The notes beneath the pieces were generated by a model. The model saw only the letters and a list, made by a program, of their open reading frames with translations, was not told the origin of the DNA and ran no database searches. 64,000 nt of DNA from Longimicrobiales bacterium. Lineage in GTDB: Bacteria; Gemmatimonadota; Gemmatimonadetes; Longimicrobiales; Gaopeijiaceae. The translations under genes and the position numbers were made by a program. Within the stretch, counting starts at the first letter, position 1; every line of letters begins with the position of its first letter. Below, in pieces: positions 38,451 to 48,610 of this stretch. The DNA is taken from positions 224,001-288,000 of the forward strand of contig JAWLHJ010000001.1 in NCBI GenBank assembly GCA_041690395.1. The letters are read 5' to 3'.

Positions 38451-39220
38451 CCGACGACGACCGAAAACCACCCCTGCCGGGCCTTCGCATGCCGGACGGC
38501 CGCCGCCCCGAAACCGAGGACGAGCGACTGCTCGACGTGCAGAATGGCCTGCACGTCGGTATGGACGCGTGGCGCGTGTTCCGCATCATGGGCGAGTTCG
38601 TCGAGGGCTTCGAGGCCCTGACGAACATCGGTCCGGCGGTTTCCATCTTCGGGTCGGCGCGCGTGCAGCCCGGCGATCCCCAGTACGAGGCGTGCGAGGC
38701 GACGGCAAAGCTCCTCGGCGAGGCGGGCTACGCGGTGATCACCGGCGGGGGCCCGGGCATCATGGAGGCCGCGAACAAGGGGGCCCAGGAGGGTGGCGCC
38801 CTCTCCATCGGGTGCAATATCGAGCTCCCGTTCGAGCAGCACGACAATCCGTATCTCGACGTTTCCGTGGATTTCCGGTATTTCTTCGTCCGGAAGACCA
38901 TGTTCGTGAAGTACGCCCAGGCGTTCGTGATCTTCCCCGGCGGCTTCGGCACTCTGGACGAGCTCTTCGAATCGCTCACGCTCATTCAGACCGGTAAGAT
39001 CAAGGACTTTCCGGTGGTCCTGTTCGGGACGGAGTACTTCGCGGGGCTCATGGACTGGATCCGTGGGACGTTGGCCGCCGAGGGAAAGATCGCCCCCGAC
39101 GACCTGGACCTGATCTGCGTCACCGACGACCCTGCGCAGGTCCGAGACCACATCGTCGCGCACAAGAAGCGCCGTCGCGCGCATCCCGCCTCCCGGGGAC
39201 GGCGCGCTACCGACAGGTAG
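38447..39220 (+). CDS. LOG family protein
   Basis: FGSAR, TGGGPGIMEA, RKTMF, PGGFGTLDE. Confidence 0.92.
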   Translation: MTDDDRKPPLPGLRMPDGRRPETEDERLLDVQNGLHVGMDAWRVFRIMGEFVEGFEALTNIGPAVSIFGSARVQPGDPQYEACEATAKLLGEAGYAVITGGGPGIMEAANKGAQEGGALSIGCNIELPFEQHDNPYLDVSVDFRYFFVRKTMFVKYAQAFVIFPGGFGTLDELFESLTLIQTGKIKDFPVVLFGTEYFAGLMDWIRGTLAAEGKIAPDDLDLICVTDDPAQVRDHIVAHKKRRRAHPASRGRRATDR

Positions 39221-39419
39221 AAGGGTGTTGGAGGAGCCAACCCACTCCTTCAGCCCCCCTTCTCGGACGGATCCTTGTAACCGCACGCGGGCTACGGCTA
39301 CCTTTTCAGGCTCCCACCGGGGCGTCGGAACGGGCTCTCCGTGGGATTTTCATCTCGGCATCGATCCTTCCGTGCTGCGAGCGACTGTCCGGTCTCGCGC
39401 AGCGGAGGTCAGCAGACTA

Positions 39420-40520
39420 TTGAGCAGCACCACCGATCAGGCCCCCAAGGGGTACGCGCCGACCGGTAAGAACACCGGGACCGTGAAGCCCAAGGGCACG
39501 TCACGTATCCGGGCCCACGAGGGCCTGGACACCATCGACATCCGCTCGCGGAAGCCCGCGTGGCTGAAGGTCCGCTCGCCCGGCGGCGCCAACTACATGC
39601 GCCTCAAGAAGATGATGCGCTCGGAGTCACTCCACACCGTATGTGAGGAGGCCGGCTGCCCGAACATCGGCGAGTGCTGGGAGGCGGGCACCGCCACCTT
39701 CATGATCCTCGGCGACGTCTGCACGCGCGCCTGCAAGTACTGTGGAGTCGCGCACGGCATGCCGACCGGGCTCGACACCGACGAGCCCCGTCGCGTGGCC
39801 CAGACGGTCCAGGAGATGGAGCTCGAGCACGTCGTCATCACGAGCGTGAATCGCGACGAGCTCCCGGACGGCGGCGCGGGGATCTATGCCGAGACCATCC
39901 GGCGCGTCCACGAAGCCGTTCCCGGCTGCTCGGTGGAAGTCCTCATCCCGGACTTCAAGGGTGACGAGCCGTCGTTGCAGATCGTCGTCGACGCCAAGCC
40001 GGCGATCCTCGGGCACAACCTCGAGACCGTCGAGCGGCTGCACCCGGACGTCCGTCCTGGTGGACGCTACTGGCGCTCGATCTCCTTTCTGGGGGCGGTG
40101 AAGAAGCTCGACCCGGGGATGCTGACGAAGACCGGGATCATCCTGGGGATGGGCGAGGAGCCCGACGAGATCCGGCAGGCCATGGTCGATCTTCGCGAGG
40201 CGGCGGTGGACATTCTGACGCTGGGGCAGTATCTCCGGCCGTCCCCGATGCACATTCCGGTGGCCCGGTGGGTCACTCCGGAGGAGTTCACGGAGTGGAA
40301 GCGCATCGGTGAGCAGGAGCTCGGCTTCAAGCACGTCGAGTCGGGGCCGCTCGTCCGGTCGAGCTACCACGCGAAGGAGCAGGCGCGCGAGGTCGAGGCG
40401 GGTGGGCCCGGCGCTATTCAGAACGTACTCGAAGCGGACATTCCCGCGCCCGCCGAGGTCAAGCTGGATCTGGTCCAGCTCGAGCTCGGCCGGCCCGGTC
40501 GACCCGTGAACGGAGCCTGA
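39420..40520 (+). CDS. lipA: lipoyl synthase
   Basis: CEEAGCPNIGEC, CTRACKYC, GPLVRSSYHA; TTG start after GGAGG. Confidence 0.96.
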   Translation: MSSTTDQAPKGYAPTGKNTGTVKPKGTSRIRAHEGLDTIDIRSRKPAWLKVRSPGGANYMRLKKMMRSESLHTVCEEAGCPNIGECWEAGTATFMILGDVCTRACKYCGVAHGMPTGLDTDEPRRVAQTVQEMELEHVVITSVNRDELPDGGAGIYAETIRRVHEAVPGCSVEVLIPDFKGDEPSLQIVVDAKPAILGHNLETVERLHPDVRPGGRYWRSISFLGAVKKLDPGMLTKTGIILGMGEEPDEIRQAMVDLREAAVDILTLGQYLRPSPMHIPVARWVTPEEFTEWKRIGEQELGFKHVESGPLVRSSYHAKEQAREVEAGGPGAIQNVLEADIPAPAEVKLDLVQLELGRPGRPVNGA

Positions 40521-40521
40521 G

Positions 40522-41595
40522 ATGGCCGAGACGAAGACTCGGAAGAAGAAGAGCAGCGGTGCGAAGAACGGCGGAGCCCTGGAGAAGCATGGCATCGGCG
40601 AGGAGCTGGCGCTCGACCTCCTCCGGGACATGCTCCTCTATCGGCGCTTCGAGGAGAAGGCCGAAGAGGCATACGCGATCGGCAAGATCGGGGGCTTCTG
40701 CCACCTCCACATCGGTCAGGAGGCGGGCGCGGCGGGGTGCATCAGGCCGCTGCGCGAGGACGACTACGTCATCACCGCGTACCGGGAGCACACGCAGGCG
40801 ATCGCGAAGGGGGTGGACGCGAACGCCGTGATGGCCGAGCTCTACGGCAGGGTGGACGGGCCGTCGCGCGGGAAGGGCGGCTCCATGCACATCTATGGCG
40901 CCGATGTGCGCTTCATGGGCGGGCACGGGATCGTGGGAGGCCAGGTGCCGCTCGCTGCCGGCATCGCCTGGAAGATCAAGTACAAAGAAGAGGACGGCGT
41001 GGTCGTCTGCTTCATGGGCGACGCCGCCGTGAACCAGGGGGGCTTCCACGAGGCGCTCAACATGGCCGCCATCTGGAAGCTGCCGGCCATCTTCGTGGTC
41101 GAGAACAACCACTATGGCATGGGCACCGCGTTCAGCCGCGTCTCGGCCACGCCGGTGGCCGAGCGCGCGATCTCGTACGGGATCGAGTCCTGCTCGGTGA
41201 ACGGTCAGGACGTGCTCGAGACGTACGCGGCCTTCCGTGACATGGCCGAAGAGGTCCGCAACGGAGGTGGGCCGCGCTTCGTCGATCTCCAGACGTACCG
41301 ATTCCGCGGGCACTCGATGTCCGATCCGGTGTCGGGGACGTACCGCTCCACCGACGAAGTCGAGGAACGCAAGAAGAAGGACGACCCCATCTCGATCCTG
41401 CGGGACACCCTGTTCGACGCTGGGCTGCTGGACCAGGCCGGTCTAGAGGAGATGGACGCGGAGGCCCGGCGCATCGCTTCGGAGGCGGCCGATTTCGCCG
41501 ACGCCTCGGCGCATCCGGACCCCGAGGAGCTGTTCCACCACGTGTGGGCAGAGGAAAACCACGGCAGGCTCTTCTTCGACGGACGGGATCGATAG
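40522..41595 (+). CDS. pdhA: pyruvate dehydrogenase E1 alpha
   Basis: GFCHLHIGQE, GKGGSMH, GDAA..NN TPP motif, RFRGHSMSDP. Confidence 0.96.
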   Translation: MAETKTRKKKSSGAKNGGALEKHGIGEELALDLLRDMLLYRRFEEKAEEAYAIGKIGGFCHLHIGQEAGAAGCIRPLREDDYVITAYREHTQAIAKGVDANAVMAELYGRVDGPSRGKGGSMHIYGADVRFMGGHGIVGGQVPLAAGIAWKIKYKEEDGVVVCFMGDAAVNQGGFHEALNMAAIWKLPAIFVVENNHYGMGTAFSRVSATPVAERAISYGIESCSVNGQDVLETYAAFRDMAEEVRNGGGPRFVDLQTYRFRGHSMSDPVSGTYRSTDEVEERKKKDDPISILRDTLFDAGLLDQAGLEEMDAEARRIASEAADFADASAHPDPEELFHHVWAEENHGRLFFDGRDR

Positions 41596-42576
41596 ATGGC
41601 GGTCATGACCTACCGCGAGGCGCTCAACCAGGCGCTGAGCGAAGAGATGGAGCGGGACCCCGACGTCTTCCTCATGGGTGAGGAGGTCGCCGAGTACGAC
41701 GGCGCCTACAAGGTGTCAAAGGGACTCCTCGAGAAGTTCGGCGACCAACGCGTCGTCGATTCGCCGATCAGCGAGCTGGGCTTCGCCGGACTCGGCGTGG
41801 GCGCGGCGATGGCGGGGCTTCGCCCGGTCATCGAGTTCATGACCTTCAACTTCGCGTTCCTCGCGATCGACCAGGTCATCAACAGCGCTGCGAAGATGTA
41901 TTACATGTCCGCGGGGCAGTTCCCGATGCCCATCGTGTTCCGGGGACCGACCGGAGCCGCGCTCCAGCTCTCCGCGCAGCATTCCCAGGCGTGCGAGACC
42001 TACTATTCGCACGCTCCGGGGTGCAAGGTCGTCACACCGGGGACGCCGGCCGACGCCAAGGGGCTGCTGAAGGCCGCCATCCGGGACAACGACCCGGTCG
42101 CATTCATGGAAGGCGAGCTCCTCTACAACATGAAGGGCGAGGTGCCGGACGACGACGACTTCATCATCCCGCTCGGGGTCGCCGACCTCAAGCGTGAGGG
42201 TGGAGACGTCTCGATCATCACGCACGGGAAGATGATCCATGTCGCGCTCCAGGCCGCCCAGAAGCTCGAGAAGGACGGCATAGAGGCCGACGTGCTCGAC
42301 CTCCGGACCATCCGGCCGCTCGACATGGACGCGATCCTCGAGACCGTGAAGAAGACGAACCGCGTCGTATACCTCGAAGAGGGCTGGCCCTACGCGGGCA
42401 CCGGCGCCCAGATCACGGCGATGATCCAGGAAGAGGCGTTCGACCACCTCGACGCCCCGATCCTGCGCGTGACCCAGGCCGACGTCCCGATGCCGTACGC
42501 CAAGGGCCTCGAGGCGATCGCCAAGCCGTCCGCGGACCGCGTCGTGAAGGCGTGCAACCGCGTGCTCTACCGCTGA
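41596..42576 (+). CDS. pdhB: pyruvate dehydrogenase E1 beta
   Basis: DSPISE, EFMTFNF, AQHSQ, DLRTIRPLD. Confidence 0.96.
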   Translation: MAVMTYREALNQALSEEMERDPDVFLMGEEVAEYDGAYKVSKGLLEKFGDQRVVDSPISELGFAGLGVGAAMAGLRPVIEFMTFNFAFLAIDQVINSAAKMYYMSAGQFPMPIVFRGPTGAALQLSAQHSQACETYYSHAPGCKVVTPGTPADAKGLLKAAIRDNDPVAFMEGELLYNMKGEVPDDDDFIIPLGVADLKREGGDVSIITHGKMIHVALQAAQKLEKDGIEADVLDLRTIRPLDMDAILETVKKTNRVVYLEEGWPYAGTGAQITAMIQEEAFDHLDAPILRVTQADVPMPYAKGLEAIAKPSADRVVKACNRVLYR

Positions 42577-42640
42577 ACGAACGACACCCCCTCACTCCGA
42601 AACGCCTCACCGGCGCCCGATTCCAGAGCGAGACAGAATC

Positions 42641-43951
42641 ATGGTAACGAAGGTCCACATGGAGGCCCTGAGCCCGACGATGGAAGAGGGCCAGCTCGTT
42701 CGTTGGCTCAAGAGCGAGGGCGACGAGATCTCGAACGGCGATGTGCTGGCGGAGATCGAGACAGACAAGGCGACCATGGAGCTCGTGGCGCGCGGGGCCG
42801 GCGTGCTGCGGAAGATCTTCCTCGCCGAGGGCGGCACTGCGGCGGTGGGCTCGGTCATCGGCGTGATCGCGGATGCCGACGAGGACATCTCGGGTGTGGA
42901 GGGCGCGTCGGGCGGTGGCGGTGACGCGTCCGGCGATGATGGGAAGGACGACGGGGCGGAGGCGAAGGAGGGTGCCGAGGAAGACGAGGCTGCTTCCGCC
43001 GAGGGCGACGAGGCATCCGAGTCGAAGTCGGCGGAGGCTCCTGCCGAGAAGAAGGGGGCTGCTCCCTCCGGCGAAGCCGCACGCACGTCCAGCGGCCGCG
43101 TGAAGGCCTCGCCCGTCGCGCGCCGTCTGGCCGACGAGGCCGGAATCGACATCGAGCGCGTCCAGGGCTCGGGCCCGGGCGGCCGGGTGGTGAAGCGCGA
43201 CGTGGAGGAGGCGAAGGAGAAGGGCGTCGCGGCACCCGCGGGCGGTCCCGCCCACGCCGGGCCCGAGTACGAGGACGTGCCGGTTTCACAGATGCGGAAG
43301 GCGATCGCCAAGCGGCTGGTCCAGTCCATCGGTCCGGTACCGACGTTCTATCTCACGATCGACGTCGACATGGGCCGGGTCATGGAGGCCCGCAAGAGCA
43401 TCAACGCCATGCTCGAGGGCGACGGGAAGAAGGTCTCGATCAACGACCTGGTCCTGAAGGCGACGGCCGGGGCGCTCGCGAGGCACCCGGAGTGCAACGC
43501 GCAGTGGCACGACGGCTTCATCCGCCGCTACAACGCCGTCCACATCGGCGTGGCGGTCGCCATCGACGACGGGCTCATCACGCCGATCGTGCGCGACGCG
43601 CACCTGAAGGGTCTGGCCGCGATCAGCGAGGAAGTGCGTGAGCTGGCGGGTCGGGCACGCGAGAAGAAGCTGCAGCCCGACGAGTACACGGGCGCGACGT
43701 TCTCGGTGTCCAACCTTGGGATGTTCGGCATCCACGAGTTCACGGCGATCATCAACCCGCCGGAGGCCGGGATCCTGGCGGTGGGCGGCATCGAGGAGAC
43801 ACCGGTGGTGGTTGACGGCGAAGTCGTGATCCGGCCGCGGATGAAGGTCACCATGAGCTGCGACCACCGGGTGATCGACGGGGCGCAGGGCTCGCGCTAC
43901 CTGCAGACGTTGAAGGCGATGCTCGAGGAGCCGGCGGCCATCCTGGTCTGA
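42641..43951 (+). CDS. pdhC: dihydrolipoamide acetyltransferase E2
   Basis: ETDKA lipoyl domain, ASPVARRLA, DHRVIDG. Confidence 0.96.
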   Translation: MVTKVHMEALSPTMEEGQLVRWLKSEGDEISNGDVLAEIETDKATMELVARGAGVLRKIFLAEGGTAAVGSVIGVIADADEDISGVEGASGGGGDASGDDGKDDGAEAKEGAEEDEAASAEGDEASESKSAEAPAEKKGAAPSGEAARTSSGRVKASPVARRLADEAGIDIERVQGSGPGGRVVKRDVEEAKEKGVAAPAGGPAHAGPEYEDVPVSQMRKAIAKRLVQSIGPVPTFYLTIDVDMGRVMEARKSINAMLEGDGKKVSINDLVLKATAGALARHPECNAQWHDGFIRRYNAVHIGVAVAIDDGLITPIVRDAHLKGLAAISEEVRELAGRAREKKLQPDEYTGATFSVSNLGMFGIHEFTAIINPPEAGILAVGGIEETPVVVDGEVVIRPRMKVTMSCDHRVIDGAQGSRYLQTLKAMLEEPAAILV

Positions 43952-44021
43952 TCGGTTCGCTTTTCCCCGCGACCGGCCCGTATCTTTCCTCCGCGATTCC
44001 CCGTTCGCCGAGGAGGCCGTC

Positions 44022-44765
44022 ATGGGTGCGCATAGGCGAGGTACGATCCTGATGGGCGTGGCCGTGCTGTTCACCGGATGCACTTCGGCGGGCGGTGGTG
44101 ACACGCCGGGCTTCGAGCCCGCCGCTTCTGAGCAGGCGAGTTCGGTGACGGCTCTGATGCTCCGTCACTACGATCACGCCCGGGCCCTCACGTCCGCGGC
44201 GATCTTCGGCAACGCCGACCGGGCCCACCAGTCCGCGGCCGCGATTCTGCGCGAGGCTCCCGTGGAGCCGCTGCCGTCCGACGCGCTTCCAGCCCGTGAG
44301 GCCTTCCAGTCGGCGGTGCGCTCCGTCGAGCGCGCGCGCACGGGGGCGGAGCTGGCCGGGACCGCTGCGGACGTCGCCCGACGATGCGGGGACTGTCACC
44401 TGTCCGCGGGGCTGGGACCGTCCTTCACCGTCGGGCGCATCGCCGATCCTGTGACGCCCGAAGACCACATCCGTGTGCTGGCCTGGGGATCGTCGCGTAT
44501 GTGGGAGGCACTCGTCGGCGGATCCGACCTCGCGTGGCGCGCCGGCGCCCGGGCTCTCTCGGGGCAGCCACTGAGGGAGGAGCTGTACGCCTCCCAAATG
44601 GCGGAGCCCGACGAGGGTCGAGCGCTCAGCGCCAGAATGCACGATCTCGGCGTCGAAGCGCTCTCCGTTTCCGAGCGAGGCGAGAAGGCCCGGATCCTCG
44701 GGGAGATCTGGGGGACGTGCTCGGATTGCCACGAGCTCGTCGGGTTGGGGTCGCAGCTACGGTAG
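44022..44765 (+). CDS. diheme c-type cytochrome lipoprotein
   Basis: LFTGC lipobox; CGDCH and CSDCH, each at the end of a helical half. Confidence 0.75.
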   Translation: MGAHRRGTILMGVAVLFTGCTSAGGGDTPGFEPAASEQASSVTALMLRHYDHARALTSAAIFGNADRAHQSAAAILREAPVEPLPSDALPAREAFQSAVRSVERARTGAELAGTAADVARRCGDCHLSAGLGPSFTVGRIADPVTPEDHIRVLAWGSSRMWEALVGGSDLAWRAGARALSGQPLREELYASQMAEPDEGRALSARMHDLGVEALSVSERGEKARILGEIWGTCSDCHELVGLGSQLR

Positions 44766-45884
44766 GTCCTTCTCGTACAGCCGCCACCGCCGGTACGCTT
44801 CGATGCCCATCGCCTCGAGCGGGGTCACCAGCGCCTGGTTGTCCTCGAGCACCCACGACGCCTCCGCGCCCTCGGCACCGATCGAGAGCGCCCGCCGGGC
44901 GGCTTCGTGCGCGAACAGGGGAAAGAGGCCGCGGTTCCGGTATGCGCGCTTGAGCCCGAGGAGCACGACCCGACCCCGAAGCACCTTCGGGATTCCGAAC
45001 AGGAGGCGGGCGATGTTCCACGGCCAGAGCCGCCCCGACGGAATCCGCGCCAGCACGCGGTTCGCGTCGCGCGCGATCATCATGAAGCCGACGATCTCGC
45101 CGTCGACCTCGGCCACGAACGAGAAGTCTTCGGCCAGCACGGCCTTGAGGTCCTTCGCCGTGTGCCAGAATTCGTCCCACGTCGGGGGGACGAAGCCCCA
45201 GTTTCCGGACCACGCATCCTCGTAGAGCTCGAGCACCTTGCGGGCCTCGCGCTCGAGCATCTGCACATCGAGCTCACGGAAGGTGATACCGCTCCGCTTG
45301 CGGGTGCGCTCGGCGAGTCGGGCCACGCGCTCTGGAACGGCGAGGCGGTCTCTGGCGGGAATCCAATAGCCGAGCAGATCCTTGGCCTTGGCGTAGCCCC
45401 GGACCTGCAGGAGATCCGCGTAGTAGGCCGGGTTCCAGGGCGTCATGAGCACGGGCGGGTGCTCGAAGCCACCGACCAGCAGGCCGCACTCGTGGTTCAT
45501 GGAGGGGCTCACCGGCCCGCGAGCCGATTTCAGCCCTCGCTCCCGTAGCCAGCTCTCCGCGGCCCCCAGCAAGGCCTCCGCGCCCTCGGCGTCGTTCTCA
45601 CACTCGAAGAACCCGAAGAACCCCGTGCGGTCGTCGTGATGCTCGTTGTGCCAGCGGTTCTCGATCGCCGCGACGCGTCCCACGGGCCGCCCGTCCCGTC
45701 GTGCGATGAAGAGCGCCCGGTCGGCCTTCTCGTAGAATGGGTTCCCACGGTCGTCGAGGAGGTCACGGACCACCGCCCGCAGCGGGGGGACCCAGGGCGT
45801 GCCGCGACCGGCCTGAACGGCCCACGCCACGTCCACGAACCGGGCGACGCCCCGCCGCCCCTCCACCCGTTCTACCCTGACCAC
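44757..45884 (-). CDS. GNAT-fold N-acyltransferase (YghO / bacterial ceramide synthase-like)
   Basis: PWVPPL, VGRVAA, FFGFFEC, ECGLLV.GF..PP..MTPWNPAYY, EASWVLEDN. Confidence 0.8.
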   Translation of the reverse strand: MVRVERVEGRRGVARFVDVAWAVQAGRGTPWVPPLRAVVRDLLDDRGNPFYEKADRALFIARRDGRPVGRVAAIENRWHNEHHDDRTGFFGFFECENDAEGAEALLGAAESWLRERGLKSARGPVSPSMNHECGLLVGGFEHPPVLMTPWNPAYYADLLQVRGYAKAKDLLGYWIPARDRLAVPERVARLAERTRKRSGITFRELDVQMLEREARKVLELYEDAWSGNWGFVPPTWDEFWHTAKDLKAVLAEDFSFVAEVDGEIVGFMMIARDANRVLARIPSGRLWPWNIARLLFGIPKVLRGRVVLLGLKRAYRNRGLFPLFAHEAARRALSIGAEGAEASWVLEDNQALVTPLEAMGIEAYRRWRLYEKDLP

Positions 45885-45971
45885 GCCGTCCTCCCTGTTG
45901 TGCCTGCCCCCGTCAGTCGTGCGGCCCCGAGTCTACGCCCGGACGGGGTGAGCGGGAAGCGGGAGCCGCCA

Positions 45972-47075
45972 TCACGACCCGCCGCGTGCCGCCCACTCGA
46001 CCGCCTTCACGTGGTGTTCGGCGGCGGAGGCGACCCACGCACGGAAGGCGGCGACCGAGGCGGGGGTGGGCGTCGGAAGGGTATCCCAGAAGTGGTCGAG
46101 GTCATCGTAGTCCCCGGCCCAGGCCGCGCCGTGCCGGGCCGCGTCCCAGGCGTTCAGCTCCTGCTCGTACTGCCCCGCCGTGGGCACGGCGAGCACCGGT
46201 TTCCCCAGGTAGAAGGCCTCGCACACGGCTTCGAACCCGGCCGATCCGACGAAGGCCCGGCACCGTCCTAGATCTCCGAGGAAGGCGTCCTGACTCAACT
46301 CGCAGGCCGTGAAGCCGCCCTCCGGCCGGGTCCGAAGCGCCGAGGCTCCGCCGTCGAGATAACAGCGGATCCGAACGTCCGGGCGGCCTCGATGCCAGTC
46401 GGCCAGCAGGTCTCCGTACCCCGGATTCAACGCGTAGGCCAGGAGAAAGCCGTCGTCGCTCGGCGTCATGTGGTCCAGCCCCGCGCGCAGGAGAGGCGGC
46501 ACGACCAGGAGCCGCTCGGAGGGCAACGGGCGACCGGGGCTGAACGACAGGGCCAACCGAATCCGGGCTCGGGCCGCGGTCGCCCGGTTCCATGCGAGCA
46601 CGGATGTCTCCGCCCACCCACCGCCCGGGAGGGGGTGCGTGTCCGGATGCAGGAAGACGTAATTGTGAGCGACCGCGACGGTGGGGATGCGGTTCCCGTG
46701 CAACACACGAGACAGGGCCGCCACGATATCGAGGAAGTTCACCACGACATCGAGACCACGTGTGCCCTCGTGCAGGAGCCTCGCTCCCCTCAGGAACCCC
46801 GGCGCCCGTTTGGCCACATCGGCGAGGGTCGCGAGCGGCGAAGCCCCGAGGCGCTTCCGGTCCGGGACTTGCACCGGAGCGTCGAACGTCTCGAGGGGTG
46901 CGCCGATCCCGTCCCGGAAGTAGTCGGGCACCGACCGGAACCGGCTCGTCCCGACCCAGGCGCGGGTCACTTCGTGTCCGGCATCCCTCAGGAAACGCGC
47001 GAGGGCCAGAGCCTGGGTCATGTGGCCACGACCTTCGCCCTGAACCACGAAGCCCACCCGGAGCGGCCTGGTCAT
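45972..47075 (-). CDS. GT-B glycosyltransferase (MJ1255/VC2487-like)
   Basis: VQGEGRGHMTQA, AGFE..CEA.YLGKP, GQYEQELNA. Confidence 0.88.
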   Translation of the reverse strand: MTRPLRVGFVVQGEGRGHMTQALALARFLRDAGHEVTRAWVGTSRFRSVPDYFRDGIGAPLETFDAPVQVPDRKRLGASPLATLADVAKRAPGFLRGARLLHEGTRGLDVVVNFLDIVAALSRVLHGNRIPTVAVAHNYVFLHPDTHPLPGGGWAETSVLAWNRATAARARIRLALSFSPGRPLPSERLLVVPPLLRAGLDHMTPSDDGFLLAYALNPGYGDLLADWHRGRPDVRIRCYLDGGASALRTRPEGGFTACELSQDAFLGDLGRCRAFVGSAGFEAVCEAFYLGKPVLAVPTAGQYEQELNAWDAARHGAAWAGDYDDLDHFWDTLPTPTPASVAAFRAWVASAAEHHVKAVEWAARGGS

Positions 47076-47188
47076 GCGTCGGCCCCGGTCACTTTACCCT
47101 CCATGTCGGCGGCTCTACCTTCGTAGACTCCGTATTCCTGCGAACCAGACGGGGCACGTCCGCCCCCTTCATCGAAAGAGGAACCCGC

Positions 47189-48601
47189 GTGGCTGGTAAG
47201 AACGGCGAGCGTTTCGACCTGATCGTGATCGGCGGTGGCCCTGGTGGCTACGTGGCCGCAATCCGCGCCTCCCAGCTCGGCATGAAGGTCGCGTGCGTGG
47301 AGGACAAGCACCTCGGCGGCGTATGCCTGAACATCGGTTGCATTCCGACCAAGGCCATGCTGACGAGCGCTTTCCTGGTCAACGAGATGAAGGAAGGAGA
47401 GCGGCACGGGATCGTGGCGAAGGACGTGACCTTCGATCTGGGCCCCGCTCAGGAGCGGAGCCGACGCGTCGCGGACCAGATGCGGAACGGCATCGGGATG
47501 CTCTTCAAGAAGAACAAGGTGACGCACCTCGAAGGCTTCGGTCGGTTGAAGGGGAAGGGGAAGGTCGAAGTGGAGGGGCCCGACGGCAACCGGTCTTCCT
47601 ACGACGCCGACAACGTGATCATCGCCACCGGATCGCGCCCGCGCGATCTCCCGGTGCTGAAGATCGACGAAGACCGGATCTGGTCGTCGACCGGTGCGCT
47701 CATGCAGAAGAAGGCGCCCGAGTCGCTGTTCATCGTCGGAGCGGGCGCGATCGGCATGGAGTTCGCCGACGTGTACGCCTCCTACGGCACGAAGGTGACC
47801 ATCGTCGAGGCGCTCGATCGGGTGCTCCCGCTCGAGGACGCCGAGGTCTCCAAGTTCATGGAGCGGACCTTCAAGAAGCGCGGAATGGACATCCACACCG
47901 GCGCTCGCTTCCAGAAGGCCGAAGTGAAGGACGACGGCGTGACGGTCACGTTCACGAACGCGAAGGGCGAGGACCAGACGGTGGACGTGGAGTACGTCCT
48001 GTCGGCGGTCGGGCGGGTGCCCAACTCTCAGGACCTCGGGCTCGAGTCCGCCGGCGTGAAGGTCGACGACCGGGGCTTCGTCGTCGTGGACGAGTATATG
48101 CAGACGAACGTGAAGGGAGTCTACGCCGTCGGTGACGTGGCCGGACATCAGCTGCTGGCCCACAAGGCGAGTCACGAAGGCATCGTCTGTGTCGAGCACA
48201 TCGCCGGAGACGGGCACCACACCGTCGACTACGGCAACGTGCCGAACTGCACCTACTGCCACCCCGAGGTGGCTTCGGTCGGCCTGACCGAGGCGCAGGC
48301 CAAGGAGCAGGGGCACGACATCGAGGTGGGCAAGTTCCCCTGGGTCGGCGTCGGGCGCGCGGTCGCGGCCGGTCACTCCGAGGGCTTCATCAAGGTGATC
48401 CGTGACAAGAAGTACTCCGAGATTCTCGGAGCCCACATCGTCGGCCCGCACGCGACCGAGCTCATCGCGGAGTTCGTCGTCGGCCGCCATCTCGAATCCA
48501 CCGTGGAGGAGATGGAAAGGGCCATGCATCCGCACCCCACCCTGTCAGAGGGTGTGGCGGAGGCGGCGCTTGCCGCTCTCGGCCGGCCCATTCACATCTA
48601 A
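47189..48601 (+). CDS. lpdA: dihydrolipoyl dehydrogenase
   Basis: GGGPGG, GGVCLNIGCIPTK, HPHPTLSE. Confidence 0.97.
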   Translation: MAGKNGERFDLIVIGGGPGGYVAAIRASQLGMKVACVEDKHLGGVCLNIGCIPTKAMLTSAFLVNEMKEGERHGIVAKDVTFDLGPAQERSRRVADQMRNGIGMLFKKNKVTHLEGFGRLKGKGKVEVEGPDGNRSSYDADNVIIATGSRPRDLPVLKIDEDRIWSSTGALMQKKAPESLFIVGAGAIGMEFADVYASYGTKVTIVEALDRVLPLEDAEVSKFMERTFKKRGMDIHTGARFQKAEVKDDGVTVTFTNAKGEDQTVDVEYVLSAVGRVPNSQDLGLESAGVKVDDRGFVVVDEYMQTNVKGVYAVGDVAGHQLLAHKASHEGIVCVEHIAGDGHHTVDYGNVPNCTYCHPEVASVGLTEAQAKEQGHDIEVGKFPWVGVGRAVAAGHSEGFIKVIRDKKYSEILGAHIVGPHATELIAEFVVGRHLESTVEEMERAMHPHPTLSEGVAEAALAALGRPIHI

Positions 48602-48610
48602 GCTGACCTG

